A DNA stretch of 64,000 nucleotides from Nitrosopumilus sp. (GCA_965207445.1 CBDBLX010000002.1:2039849-2103848), one strand, 5' to 3'; positions 52,152 to 63,019 are shown, counted from the stretch's first letter. Notes: generated by a model from the sequence alone, not told the origin. A program made the numbers and translations.

Positions 52152-52357
52152 TAAGCGCCGTATTTGACACACGTATATATATGAATAGTGGTACAGATAC
52201 CAAACATTAAAATGTACATATATTTATTCACTCCCACATAAAATAGACACCAGTCCATTGAAAACTAGAACATGAGAATCATCAAAATGAAAAATGACAA
52301 AACACAAAATACCAATTATTAAAAGAATTGAAATATACCCAAAACGCATGATAATTA

Positions 52358-53734
52358 ATGAAAAAAAAGAGATACAGGTTTGATCAAGATTCACTAGGAA
52401 AAGTAAAGATACCACACGATGCATACTATGGGGCATTTACCGGAAGAGCCATAAAACAATACAACGTCACAGGGCGATACGCCCACCCATATTTAATAAA
52501 ATCATTTGTTATGATAAAAAGATCATCTGCGGTGGCAAATCAAAAAGCAAAGGCGATAGACAGATCAAAAGCAAAGGCGATAATATCTGCATGTGATTTG
52601 ATACTTGCGGGAAAACATACAAATCAGTTTGTAGTAGATATGATAAACTCTGGTGCAGGAACAGCATTTAATATGAATACAAATGAAGTAATAGCCAATG
52701 TCGCATTACAACACGTTCTCAAAAAGAAAAAAGGAGAGTACGAACATTTACATCCAAATGATCATGTTAATATGTCTCAATCAAGCAACGACACGTATCC
52801 GACTGCAATGCACATGTCAATATTGATGAATCTCAATGATGCAATACCTGTAATTAAAGACATGGTAAGGTCAATAAATACAAAAGCAGCAGAGTTCTCC
52901 AAATTTAAAAAGATAGGAAGAACACATCTCATGGATGCACTTCCAGTCACATTAGGCGGCGAGTTTGCAGCACATGCAACTGCAATAAACAGCACAATCA
53001 ATTCACTAGAGTTTGCAAAAAAAGGACTGTATGCAGTAGCATTGGGAGGCACAGCAGTTGGGACAGGTGCCAACACACCAAAAGGATACCGTAAGATAGC
53101 AATTACAGAATTGAGTAAAATATCAAACCTACCATTAAAACCAGAAAAAGATATGCAATATGGATTGCAGAGTAGAGCAGCAGTAACAGCAACGTCAAGT
53201 GCGCTACGCAATATGGCACTTGAGATCGGACGACTCGCAAATGATATTAGGCTGATGGCATCAGGTCCGGTAGCTGGACTAGCAGAGATTGGGATACCAG
53301 CAGTGCATGCAGGCTCATCGATCATGCCAGGCAAGGTAAACCCATCACTTGCAGAGTGTATGAACATGACATGTTTTGCCATAATAGGAAACGATGCCAC
53401 AGTATCATATGCTTCTCATGCAGGACAGTTTGAGCTAAATGTAATGTTGCCAGGAATGCTAAATGCAGTGCTAGAATCCACAGATATGATCAAGCGATTT
53501 GCCCCCATATTTACTAGAAATCTTATAGACGGATTAAAAGCAAACAAAGAGAAACTAAGTGAATATATAGAGAACAGTCCTGTTATCGTAACATTGCTTG
53601 CTCCAAAGATCGGATACTTGCGCGCAGCAGAACTCTACAAAGAGTCACTGAACACAGGTAGGACAATCAGAGATCTTGCAGTATCAAAAAATGTTGTGAC
53701 GAATACAGAGCTAGACATGTTGCTCAAAGAATAA
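52358..53734 (+). CDS. Class II fumarase / aspartate ammonia-lyase
   Basis: GSSIMPGKVNP, GRTHLMDA, SQSSND. Confidence 0.9.
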   Translation: MKKKRYRFDQDSLGKVKIPHDAYYGAFTGRAIKQYNVTGRYAHPYLIKSFVMIKRSSAVANQKAKAIDRSKAKAIISACDLILAGKHTNQFVVDMINSGAGTAFNMNTNEVIANVALQHVLKKKKGEYEHLHPNDHVNMSQSSNDTYPTAMHMSILMNLNDAIPVIKDMVRSINTKAAEFSKFKKIGRTHLMDALPVTLGGEFAAHATAINSTINSLEFAKKGLYAVALGGTAVGTGANTPKGYRKIAITELSKISNLPLKPEKDMQYGLQSRAAVTATSSALRNMALEIGRLANDIRLMASGPVAGLAEIGIPAVHAGSSIMPGKVNPSLAECMNMTCFAIIGNDATVSYASHAGQFELNVMLPGMLNAVLESTDMIKRFAPIFTRNLIDGLKANKEKLSEYIENSPVIVTLLAPKIGYLRAAELYKESLNTGRTIRDLAVSKNVVTNTELDMLLKE

Positions 53735-53823
53735 CTTTGTAAATAAAATAATAAAAATTATGCCAAATACAGGTTAAGAGTGTGTTGCATACGTCACATT
53801 TTGATAAACTGTACCTAGTGACA

Positions 53824-53904
53824 GTAACCGTTCAACCCCTTCCCAAATTTAGGCACAAATTCACCGCCTAACGTCTGGCGCAGGTACGGGAGTTGAACGT
53901 TTAC
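53824..53904. mobile_element. MITE family A, 81 bp
   Basis: Nearly identical to 3799-3879. Confidence 0.9.
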
Positions 53905-53970
53905 ACTTGAACTATCTACATCACTAATAATAGCAACGACAGATATAAGCCACACAAAACAAGATGATAT

Positions 53971-55272
53971 ATGGCAAAGATATTTGTAGAAGCATACGGA
54001 TGCTCTGCAAGTTTTGCAGACTCTGAGATGATAACAGGGATGATACAAAATGGTGGACACACCATTATTACAGATAGTGAAGAGCAATCAGACCTCAACT
54101 TGATAGTCACGTGCTCTGTAAAAGATGCAACAGCAAAGAGAATGACACATCGCATAAAAAAACTTGGAGCAGCAAAAGAGCCACTAATAGTGGCAGGGTG
54201 TTTACCAAAAGCAGAGCCGGACACTGTAGAGAGATTTGCAGGTAAAACAGCAAGTATGATGGGACCAGGCGCCATAAGCCAAACCTTGCAAATTGTAGAA
54301 TCAACCCTTCGAGGAGAAACGATAATAGAACTAGAGGACAACGCAGAGCCAAAAGTTGGACTGCCAAAAGTCAGGCTCAATCCAGTTGTTGGTATAATAG
54401 AGATAGCAAGTGGGTGCATGAGCGAATGTACGTTTTGTCAGACAAAACTTGCAAAGGGGGGATTGACAAGTTATCGGCCAGGTGACATTATCAGGCAAGC
54501 CAGAACAGAGATAGCAGATGGTTGCAAAGAAATTTGGTTGACATCGACTGATAATGGATGTTATGGACTAGACATTGGAACAGATCTACCAGAGCTTGTT
54601 GATTCAGTATCAGATGCAATACCAAACGGTTGTATGATCAGAGTAGGTATGATGAACCCAATGTACATGCCAAGAATTAGAGACAGGTTGTTAGAGTCAT
54701 TACAATCAGATAAAGTATTTGAGTTTCTACACATACCTGTTCAGAGTGGTAGCAATCGCATACTACACGAGATGGCAAGAGGGCACACTGCAGAGACATT
54801 CAAAAGGATAGTAAAGGACGCGCGTGAGTTAATGCCAAATATCACAATATCAACTGATATCATAGTAGGTTTCCCATCAGAGACAGACTCAGAATTCAAT
54901 GAGACTGTCAAATTACTTGATGAGACAAAACCCAATATTGTAAATCTCTCCAAATATAGTGCTCGTCCAGGTACAGATGCAGCAGTAAGAGTAGACCAAA
55001 TTTCACCATTACAGATAAAACAGCGTAGTAGTATGATAACAGACCAAATCTCAGAGTTATCATACAATGCAAACAGTAAATGGATGGGCTGGGAAGGTAC
55101 AGTACTGCTTGATGAAAAAACAGAGTCAGGAATAAAGGGTAGAAATTACGCATACAAGCCAATATACATAAAGAGTGATACACCAGATACGCCAAGTTTA
55201 GGTGCAAGATGTAACGTATCAATTGTTGATACGCACAGAAACTATCTAACAGGTGTAATTATAGCAAAATAG
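53971..55272 (+). CDS. tRNA t6A methylthiotransferase (MiaB-like radical SAM)
   Basis: YGC UPF0004 domain, CxxxCxFC, IIVGFPSET, TRAM. Confidence 0.9.
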   Translation: MAKIFVEAYGCSASFADSEMITGMIQNGGHTIITDSEEQSDLNLIVTCSVKDATAKRMTHRIKKLGAAKEPLIVAGCLPKAEPDTVERFAGKTASMMGPGAISQTLQIVESTLRGETIIELEDNAEPKVGLPKVRLNPVVGIIEIASGCMSECTFCQTKLAKGGLTSYRPGDIIRQARTEIADGCKEIWLTSTDNGCYGLDIGTDLPELVDSVSDAIPNGCMIRVGMMNPMYMPRIRDRLLESLQSDKVFEFLHIPVQSGSNRILHEMARGHTAETFKRIVKDARELMPNITISTDIIVGFPSETDSEFNETVKLLDETKPNIVNLSKYSARPGTDAAVRVDQISPLQIKQRSSMITDQISELSYNANSKWMGWEGTVLLDEKTESGIKGRNYAYKPIYIKSDTPDTPSLGARCNVSIVDTHRNYLTGVIIAK

Positions 55273-55365
55273 AGTTAGTTGACATCATGCAAATGATCTT
55301 GTATTAGTTTAACATTATAAATTGACATTACAGTTGAAAAATCACTAAAAGTTTTTTAACAAAGT

Positions 55366-56382
55366 ATGAGACACATATTAGAGATGACACTTGAAATCAG
55401 AAAACCAATCCTAGCAATAGGATTAGGTGGTGCAGGTTCTAAACTTGCAACAAAGGCAAGCAATCTACTCAACTGTGATCATATGTTGATCAGTAATGAT
55501 GTAGAGGACCTGAAAACGTCATCACAGCACAACAAGGTAATCAAAGTCGACACAGGCGCAGTGATAAACCCCACCATAAATCTAGTAAGGGCAGCTACAT
55601 ACAGTAAGATCGACCAAATAAGAGAACACGTGTCAGGATATCAAACAGTATTTCTGTTTGGCAACTTGGCAGGCAAAGTAGGATGTGCTATTGCGCCGAT
55701 AATATCAGAGGTATGCAAAGCAGAAGAATCAAAGATGATATCATTTGCAATCATGCCATTTGGTTATGAAAAATCTCAACTGTTTGCAGCAGGTGTTGCT
55801 CTAAGACGACTCAGGGAATCATCTACAAGTACCATAGTACTTGACAATGACTCTATACTAGAGAGCAATCCAGACTTGACTCCAAAAGAGTGCTATGGTA
55901 TAGCAGATACTGCTATACTGTATGTGTTAAGTTCTATTGAAAAATCAGACCTCGAGTCAAGTGACAACATTTTGGTTGCAAGCAGAGACAGGGAAATGCT
56001 AGAAGTGTCACTACGAGATGCATTAAAGACCATGTATGGAAGTACAAATCCAGAGTCCATAAAACACTCGATTCTGTACGTGGTAAATGGTGAGAACATA
56101 CCAACAGGTATGCTAAATACAACTACCAAACTCCTCAAAGGTGCACTTGCAACAAAAAGTGCCAAATTTGGGAAAATGACATCACATGCAACCGCAGACA
56201 CAAAAGTAGTATCTACAACAACAGATAGATCCAGAATAGTAATGCTATCTACTGTACAAGACATGTCAAAGTTTGAAAGGTATGATCCACTTGGAGCAAT
56301 ACCAGAAGACAAAATGCTAGATTGGACAGAACCAGAGTGTAGTATTGATTGCCAACTTGCAGACTTGTATCAATTAGAATGA
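55366..56382 (+). CDS. ftsZ: Divergent thaumarchaeal FtsZ-like protein
   Basis: IGLGGAGSK, MPFGYE, LDND; degenerate signature NLAGKVG. Confidence 0.8.
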   Translation: MRHILEMTLEIRKPILAIGLGGAGSKLATKASNLLNCDHMLISNDVEDLKTSSQHNKVIKVDTGAVINPTINLVRAATYSKIDQIREHVSGYQTVFLFGNLAGKVGCAIAPIISEVCKAEESKMISFAIMPFGYEKSQLFAAGVALRRLRESSTSTIVLDNDSILESNPDLTPKECYGIADTAILYVLSSIEKSDLESSDNILVASRDREMLEVSLRDALKTMYGSTNPESIKHSILYVVNGENIPTGMLNTTTKLLKGALATKSAKFGKMTSHATADTKVVSTTTDRSRIVMLSTVQDMSKFERYDPLGAIPEDKMLDWTEPECSIDCQLADLYQLE

Positions 56383-56709
56383 CTGGTGCAATTCTTTCTT
56401 ATTTTTATTTTATTTTATTTTATTTTTATGATTATCATATACACACGCATATTTTATATAAAGATCATATAGATAATTTTTATTGTCTTGTAAAAGATGG
56501 AAAATATAAAGATTGTTTGTAGATACCATCTAAATAGCCAAATTTATTGTAACAAAATTCTTTGAATATGCATGCATATATATAAGATCATTTATGTTTA
56601 TCAGAATAAAAAACAAAAACAGTCGCGAGTATAGAATAAAAAATATATAATCATTATTTACACATAGTAATTATCAATATGAATACGTATGATTTGACAG
56701 ATAGAATAG

Positions 56710-57564
56710 TTATGATTCTTTGTTAGGTGATTCAGATGTGTCACTTGAATTGTCAGTGGTATCTGTAGTAGTGGTATCTGTAGTAGTGGTATCTGTAGTA
56801 GTGGTATCTGTAGTAGTGGTATCTGTAGTAGTGGTATCTGTAGTAGTGGTATCTGTAGTAGTGGTATCTGTAGTAGTGGTATCTGTAGTAGTGGTATCAT
56901 CAGATGTATCTAGATGATCATCTGATTTAGCATCAGATGCAGATGGCTCAGAGATTGTCTTTGAGACATCATCACCATCATCATTAGTATCAAAGTCCAA
57001 AGATGAATCACTTACATTATGAGTATCACGATAAGATTCAAGTGATGTATCAATATTTGCAGTATTATTAGATGATGCATCATCACGTTTGTCATCAACA
57101 CCAAGACCAATGTCATCAAAGTCAGCATCAATCTCTTTTTTATCAGAGAGTTCATCAATGGGTTCTGGAAGAGTTGGGGCGGTGCTAGTGGCGGCAGCAG
57201 TAGCAGCAGCAGTAGTAGTGGTAGTGGTAGTATCTATTGCCGCCGTTGCAAGGTCGTCATCTATCTTTGGCACATTTAAGTTATCAGTAGGCAATGATTC
57301 TACAGGTATTTCGTATTTTGATACAAGAATGTCACCTGTATCCGTTTTATACATACGAACTCTGATCTTTCGAGGAGGGCGTCTTGCTCCCCTGGCCCAA
57401 ATCTGTTGTGCTAAATCTTCATCAATTTTGATACTTTGAGTTCTCATGTGACGTCGTGCAAACTCACGAATCATGTTAAGCGCACGAACTGATCTGTGTT
57501 GTGATTGTGACAATAATACTTTGCCCAAGTTTATCGTGTAAACACGCTCAAGTTCTTCGGACAT
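56710..57564 (-). CDS. rpl31e: 50S ribosomal protein L31e with ~195-aa acidic low-complexity extension
   Basis: ERVYTINL..IWARG..PPRKIRV; (DTTTT)x~10 tail. Confidence 0.92.
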   Translation of the reverse strand: MSEELERVYTINLGKVLLSQSQHRSVRALNMIREFARRHMRTQSIKIDEDLAQQIWARGARRPPRKIRVRMYKTDTGDILVSKYEIPVESLPTDNLNVPKIDDDLATAAIDTTTTTTTAAATAAATSTAPTLPEPIDELSDKKEIDADFDDIGLGVDDKRDDASSNNTANIDTSLESYRDTHNVSDSSLDFDTNDDGDDVSKTISEPSASDAKSDDHLDTSDDTTTTDTTTTDTTTTDTTTTDTTTTDTTTTDTTTTDTTTTDTTTTDTTDNSSDTSESPNKES

Positions 57565-57723
57565 TTATCCTACCTCCACATCAGTTGAGCGCCACGGTCT
57601 ACGTTTTGGGTTTGTGCGCACACCCCTTTTGGTTCTTAGAATAATCCACGCAGGTACAGGTGAAGCCTGTTTTGTCTTTTTCATCAGACGTATCTTACGA
57701 GGCGTGGATTTGCGTGCTGCCAT
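57565..57723 (-). CDS. rpl39e: 50S ribosomal protein L39e
   Basis: Manual translation MAARKS...PVPAWIILRT...NPKRRPWR. Confidence 0.95.
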   Translation of the reverse strand: MAARKSTPRKIRLMKKTKQASPVPAWIILRTKRGVRTNPKRRPWRSTDVEVG

Positions 57724-57901
57724 GAGTCATCAAATCTTCAAGTTCTTTTTAAATGAATCTAACTTTCAAAATTCATGCAAAATATGAAACATTTTACTTG
57801 TTCAAAGTCAAATCTAAAAAAATCAACAACAGACCAAATACCAATTCACGCAAAAAGACTCAAAATATAACTTGAATACATATAATTTTGTAACAAAATA
57901 T

Positions 57902-58606
57902 TCATAGTTGTTTTCCACCCAAAATATCATGAATCTGCTTTAGTATACGAGCAGAAGCGCCCCATATCTTTTGACCTCTTGTATTGCTATGCTCAAAGGT
58001 GTACATGTCAGGTGTTGCATCGTGCGCGGGGTCCGTATCTTGTGAAATAGTATCAAGCAGTATATCAAGTGGTATCTCCAATATCGACTCAACCTCAGTA
58101 TTTGGAGTCATTGTAGGCCTCTTAGACAGTGTGGCTACAAATGGCACAATAAGAAAGCCAGAGTTGCGAGTTCTCACTGGACAGAGTCTACTAATTACTT
58201 GTTCACGTTTTAGTTCTAGTCCTAACTCTTCATGAGTCTCACGCAATGCAGTATGCAAAAGGTCAGTATCAGTTGACTCAACCTTTCCTCCAGGAAAAGC
58301 AATCTCACCTGCATGTATATTCATATTAACTGACTTTACAGTCATTATTACAATAGGTCGCATATGAGACATGCTCAAAGGTGGTGACGCCGTGTAGTTT
58401 GAAAACTCAAGTTGATCTTGATTGTGTTGTAATCCATAAACTATAACTAAAACAGCAGCACGTTTGTGGGGCAGATTAGCATCAACATTGCAATCATTAG
58501 AATTACAAATATGATCATAAGATATAGTATCATTACACGAGAATTGAGACAGCACAAAATGTGTCTTGTCTAGTGATAGTACATGTGAGAACAATCCCAT
58601 ATTCAA
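57902..58606 (-). CDS. Nudix CoA pyrophosphatase
   Basis: HAGEIAFPGG...ALRETHEELGL, IWGASA; start uncertain. Confidence 0.88.
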   Translation of the reverse strand: MNMGLFSHVLSLDKTHFVLSQFSCNDTISYDHICNSNDCNVDANLPHKRAAVLVIVYGLQHNQDQLEFSNYTASPPLSMSHMRPIVIMTVKSVNMNIHAGEIAFPGGKVESTDTDLLHTALRETHEELGLELKREQVISRLCPVRTRNSGFLIVPFVATLSKRPTMTPNTEVESILEIPLDILLDTISQDTDPAHDATPDMYTFEHSNTRGQKIWGASARILKQIHDILGGKQL

Positions 58607-58637
58607 AGATTTTAACAGGGAATAAAAGAGTCATACT

Positions 58638-59381
58638 ATGGGCAACATAAGATACGAGTACAATCCACCAAAAGTCCAACCCAATACAGATATCAACACA
58701 ACAGTTACAATAGGAATGGAGCGTTTAATTACAATTGCACCAAAATGCGATGCAATACACATCACAGAAAATGTGCTAGGATTTGAGCGAGTATCCCCTA
58801 TAACAATGGGAGTAAAACTCAAAGAGATCTTACCACAAACATCAGTGACAGTAAGTCTTAGAGTCAGAGACAAGACAGAGAGTGAAATATCGGTATTTGT
58901 AGATCAGTGCATTGATGCCAAGTTTGATGGAGTATTGATCTTGATGGGGGATCCATCACGCGATGGAAGACCCGATACTGGTCAAATACCAAGTACCGTC
59001 ACAGAGAATCTAAAGGAATGTGGTATAAACTCAAAGATTGAATTGTACATGTCAATATCAAATGAGCCAAGCGCTACACAGATTCAAAAAAAGATAATGG
59101 TGCAGCCAAACGGCTTTTTTACCCAAGTTGTTCAGAGTGCACAACAAGTAAAGAATTTGACAAAATACATGTATGGATTAAGAATCATACCAGTTGTGTT
59201 ATTACCGTCCCAAAAGAACAAAAAATCTGCTGAATTTTTAAACCTGGATATGGATACATATGCAGATAATTTTTATGAATTTGTAAAAGAGGTGTACGGC
59301 ATTACAGAGGATATTTTAATCACATCACCAAATGATTTTGCAGCAGCAAATGAATTTTTCTCTAGTTCAAAATTATACTAG
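58638..59381 (+). CDS. Methylenetetrahydrofolate reductase-like protein
   Basis: EYNPPK, IHITE, LRVRD, LMGDP, TQ. Confidence 0.75.
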   Translation: MGNIRYEYNPPKVQPNTDINTTVTIGMERLITIAPKCDAIHITENVLGFERVSPITMGVKLKEILPQTSVTVSLRVRDKTESEISVFVDQCIDAKFDGVLILMGDPSRDGRPDTGQIPSTVTENLKECGINSKIELYMSISNEPSATQIQKKIMVQPNGFFTQVVQSAQQVKNLTKYMYGLRIIPVVLLPSQKNKKSAEFLNLDMDTYADNFYEFVKEVYGITEDILITSPNDFAAANEFFSSSKLY

Positions 59382-59495
59382 AAAAAAATGACAAACCATC
59401 AAGACAGGATTTTGTAGTTTTATACAAGACGCACATCAACTATGAATAGCATTATTCAAGTCTACACATATTTACACCCATGCAACAACAAAGAC

Positions 59496-60542
59496 TCAAT
59501 TCGGCCCATTCACATCAACACTTTCAATACTAGTCTCATAAAACAGATCAGAGAGATCATAGCTACCTCTGCCCATGTAGCCTAATGCGTCAGCCCGTTG
59601 TGCAAACTCGTATACAGTATCCTCTAATAGATCAGTTGTGACCTCAGTGTTGTGCACAGACACATAAACAATATCAGGATCCAATTTTTGGCCAAAATGC
59701 CCATATAAAAAATTATTAAATGACGTACTTGTCATATTTGCATCAGAATTTATGAGTTGTTCTACATTATAGTGAGCAAGTAACAATCCATGTAAGATAT
59801 CAGGATTCGCATCTGTATAATCAGTGTTTGCAATTAATAGTACAGTTGCAAACTGACCGTTTGGCCACAACTCTTCTTCATAAAACAGACGAATTCCATC
59901 ATATTGTTCCACTAGTATGGTTGCCCATGGCTCTGAAACCCAAGCGCCATCTATCTCACCTTTGAGAAACAGAGTCACAATATCGGGGTTTGGGATATTA
60001 TACACGGTGACTGTACCGCCTTTTTCAGTAGTTTGTAGTCCGAGTGTGCTCAAATAGTGACGTAGCGATACATCCTGTGTATTTCCAATTTGAGGAACGC
60101 CAATCTTTTTGTGTGCAAAATCAAAACTAGAAGAAAAAACATCAGGATGTACTACAAAACTAGTCCCACCACTTGCAGCACCAGATAGCACACGTATCTG
60201 GCCATCCTTTGAGTTGAGAAATGCGTTTATCGCAGGACCAGGTCCCACATATGCAATGTCAACTGAACCGGCAAACATAGACTCTACTACCTGGGGCCCA
60301 CTATCAAACACAAGGGGTTTGATCTGCACATCAGATGGCATAAAATCTTGAAATATTCCACGTTCTACACCTATTATTGGTATTGCATGACCTACTACAG
60401 GAAAGTATCCAAGTCGTACCGTCTTTGAATAATTCTCTGTTGTATCATCAACATTATCAACTACAAACAATGTCGCAATTATCACAACAGTTGTAGCCAC
60501 ACCAGCTGCTACACCATATGCTACACCAATACGCTTTTGCAT
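59496..60542 (-). CDS. ABC transporter substrate-binding protein (SsuA/TauA-like)
   Basis: RLGYFP, YVGPGP, GNTQDV, EPW. Confidence 0.88.
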   Translation of the reverse strand: MQKRIGVAYGVAAGVATTVVIIATLFVVDNVDDTTENYSKTVRLGYFPVVGHAIPIIGVERGIFQDFMPSDVQIKPLVFDSGPQVVESMFAGSVDIAYVGPGPAINAFLNSKDGQIRVLSGAASGGTSFVVHPDVFSSSFDFAHKKIGVPQIGNTQDVSLRHYLSTLGLQTTEKGGTVTVYNIPNPDIVTLFLKGEIDGAWVSEPWATILVEQYDGIRLFYEEELWPNGQFATVLLIANTDYTDANPDILHGLLLAHYNVEQLINSDANMTSTSFNNFLYGHFGQKLDPDIVYVSVHNTEVTTDLLEDTVYEFAQRADALGYMGRGSYDLSDLFYETSIESVDVNGPN

Positions 60543-60746
60543 AAAGTGGCAATATAATCAAAGTTTAAAAAATGAACGTATTTTAGCTCAAGCTCAATAT
60601 GTCCACTAACAGGCACTAATTTAGATCAAATGATAAATATAATTTTTATAATCATATACAAATTAACATTACTCGATATAAATAACACTCGCAAAATCAA
60701 ACACCACATCATAAAAGATAAATTCAAACTATATAGACAATTAACA

Positions 60747-61946
60747 ATGTCAAAAAAAGGCATACTTGCATTTTCAGGTGGGCTTGATACATCAGTAGTC
60801 GTCAAATACCTCCAAGAAGAGCACGAACTAGACGTCATTACCGTAACAGTAGATGTAGGTCAAAACGATAACAAAAAAGAGATTGCAGCAAAAGCAAAGA
60901 GTTTGGGCGTTAGACGTCACTATAACATTGATGCAAAAACAGAGTTTGTCAATGATTATGTATTTCCAGCAATAAAAGCAAATGCCATGTATCAAGACAA
61001 GTACTGTCTTGCAACGGCACTAGCAAGACCACTCATTGCACAAAAAGTCTTAGAGATAGCAAAAAAAGAGAATGTCGTAGCGCTAGCACACGGATGCACA
61101 GGCAAGGGAAATGACCAAGTAAGATTTGATCTCACATTAAGGGCAGGATCAGACTTGCCAATTATAGCACCCATTAGAGAGAAGAATCTTGATAGAACAG
61201 CAGAATTGGAATTTGCAAGAATGCGAGGAATCAAAATTGATACTGTTGCAAGAAAGTATAGTATTGATCAGAATTTGTGGGGACGAGCAATAGAAGGCGG
61301 TGACATTGAGGATCCATACAAAGAACCGCCAGAGGATGCATTCACATGGGTAAATACAAAGAATACACCAGATACACCCACATATATTGAGATTGAATTT
61401 GAGCAGGGCATCCCCACCAAAGTGGATGGAAGGAAAATGAGTTCACAAAAAATAATTAATTATTTGAATACAAAGGCAGGTAAAACAGGTGTCGGAATAG
61501 TGGATCATATAGAGGATCGTACAGTGGGTTTAAAATCACGAGAGGTGTACGAAACTCCTGCTGCATTATGTGTAATAGAAGCACATTCAGATCTTGAGAA
61601 AATGGTACACACAGGCAGAACAGGCAGATTCAAAAAAGTTGTTGATACAGAGTGGGCATATTTAGCATATGCAGGACTATGGCATGACCCACTCAAAAAA
61701 TGCCTAGATAAATTCATAGAAGCATCTCAGGTGCCAGTGACTGGTACTGTTCGCCTCAAGCTATACAAGGGCAGTCTCAGGGTAGTGGGACGCAAATCAG
61801 ATAACTCACTTTATGATCGTACAGAGTCCACATATGGTGAAGACTCTACTTTTGACCAAAGAATGTCAATAGGCTTTGTCAATATGTGGGGAATGCAGCT
61901 TACAGAAGCTAATAAATTACAAGAAAAGAGGGCAAAAAAATCATGA
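60747..61946 (+). CDS. argG: Argininosuccinate synthase
   Basis: AFSGGLDTS, HGCTGKGNDQVRF, KSREVYE. Confidence 0.97.
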   Translation: MSKKGILAFSGGLDTSVVVKYLQEEHELDVITVTVDVGQNDNKKEIAAKAKSLGVRRHYNIDAKTEFVNDYVFPAIKANAMYQDKYCLATALARPLIAQKVLEIAKKENVVALAHGCTGKGNDQVRFDLTLRAGSDLPIIAPIREKNLDRTAELEFARMRGIKIDTVARKYSIDQNLWGRAIEGGDIEDPYKEPPEDAFTWVNTKNTPDTPTYIEIEFEQGIPTKVDGRKMSSQKIINYLNTKAGKTGVGIVDHIEDRTVGLKSREVYETPAALCVIEAHSDLEKMVHTGRTGRFKKVVDTEWAYLAYAGLWHDPLKKCLDKFIEASQVPVTGTVRLKLYKGSLRVVGRKSDNSLYDRTESTYGEDSTFDQRMSIGFVNMWGMQLTEANKLQEKRAKKS

Positions 61947-62119
61947 CTAGTAGTAATTGTGCAGAATGTGACGCAGTACTTGACATACCAGATGATGCCG
62001 AAATAGGTGAGATCATATCATGTCCTGAATGCGGAGCAGACTATGAAATTGCAGGAAGAGACGAGACGAGTGTCAAGTTAAAGCAGGCAGAGACTGTGGG
62101 TGAAGACTGGGGAGAGTAA
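61943..62119 (+). CDS. lysW: Amino-group carrier protein LysW
   Basis: Manual translation CAEC..CPECG..EDWGE. Confidence 0.95.
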   Translation: MTSSNCAECDAVLDIPDDAEIGEIISCPECGADYEIAGRDETSVKLKQAETVGEDWGE

Positions 62120-62122
62120 GCA

Positions 62123-63019
62123 ATGACGAAGCTTTGCATCGTCTTTGATCGACTCAGGTCAGAAGAAAAGATGCTCAAAAGTGAAGCAGAGTCACTCGGA
62201 TGCCAGATATCCCTGCTAGATGCAAAGACTGCGCACCTAGACACAGACACGAAACTCGACGAGTTGATCTCAGGTGATGTGACACTTGAGAGATGCATAA
62301 GTTACTTTAGGGGACTGCACATGACAGCGGCACTCGAATCAATGAACATGCCTGTGATAAACTCGTATGATGTTGCCAGTGTATGTGGAAACAAGATGAT
62401 AATGACACTCAGACTTAAGAATGCCAGAGTTGCAACCCCAAAGACGTATTTTGCATTCTCATCAGATACGGTTAAAGATGTAGTTGAGAGTGCCAAATAC
62501 CCACTTGTGATAAAGCCGGTCATAGGGAGTTGGGGAAGAGGTGTCGTACCCATATATGATGAAGATACGCTCATGGCAATACTAGAGGCAAGAACAGTCA
62601 CCGATGGTCCATTTGATCGCATATTTTATCTGCAAGAGATCATCAATAGTTCAGGGCATCTGAGGGGTGAGCAAAAGCGCCGTGACATTAGAGTTATCAT
62701 GGTAGGTGATGAGCCGATATCTGCAATGTACAGAGACGCAGCAGGTGGATTTAGGGCAAATGTGGCAGTTGGTGGCGAGCCGAAGCCATGTGAGATAACA
62801 CCACAGATGGCAGAATTGGCAATAGCAGCATCAAAAGCAGTTGGTGGGGGTATACTAGGAGTAGACATGATGGAGAAGAGTAATGACAATCAAGATGGAG
62901 ACGAGTTAATAGTGCACGAGGTCAACAATACAGTAGAGTTTAAAGGAATCTCAAAAGTGTCACAAAAAAACATACCAAAAGCAATGATACAGTATGCCAT
63001 AGATGTGGCAAGACGATAA
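62123..63019 (+). CDS. lysX: LysW ligase (LysX/ArgX, RimK family)
   Basis: KPVIGSWGRG, RDIR, HEVNNTVEF. Confidence 0.92.
   Translation: MTKLCIVFDRLRSEEKMLKSEAESLGCQISLLDAKTAHLDTDTKLDELISGDVTLERCISYFRGLHMTAALESMNMPVINSYDVASVCGNKMIMTLRLKNARVATPKTYFAFSSDTVKDVVESAKYPLVIKPVIGSWGRGVVPIYDEDTLMAILEARTVTDGPFDRIFYLQEIINSSGHLRGEQKRRDIRVIMVGDEPISAMYRDAAGGFRANVAVGGEPKPCEITPQMAELAIAASKAVGGGILGVDMMEKSNDNQDGDELIVHEVNNTVEFKGISKVSQKNIPKAMIQYAIDVARR

Noticed and set aside
55366..56382. FtsZ lacking the GGGTG signature as a novelty
   Set aside because: Divergent FtsZ is an established feature of Thaumarchaeota
56658..56917. (IPLLQ)n and (SVVVV)n ORFs
   Set aside because: Alternative frames of the L31e tail repeat
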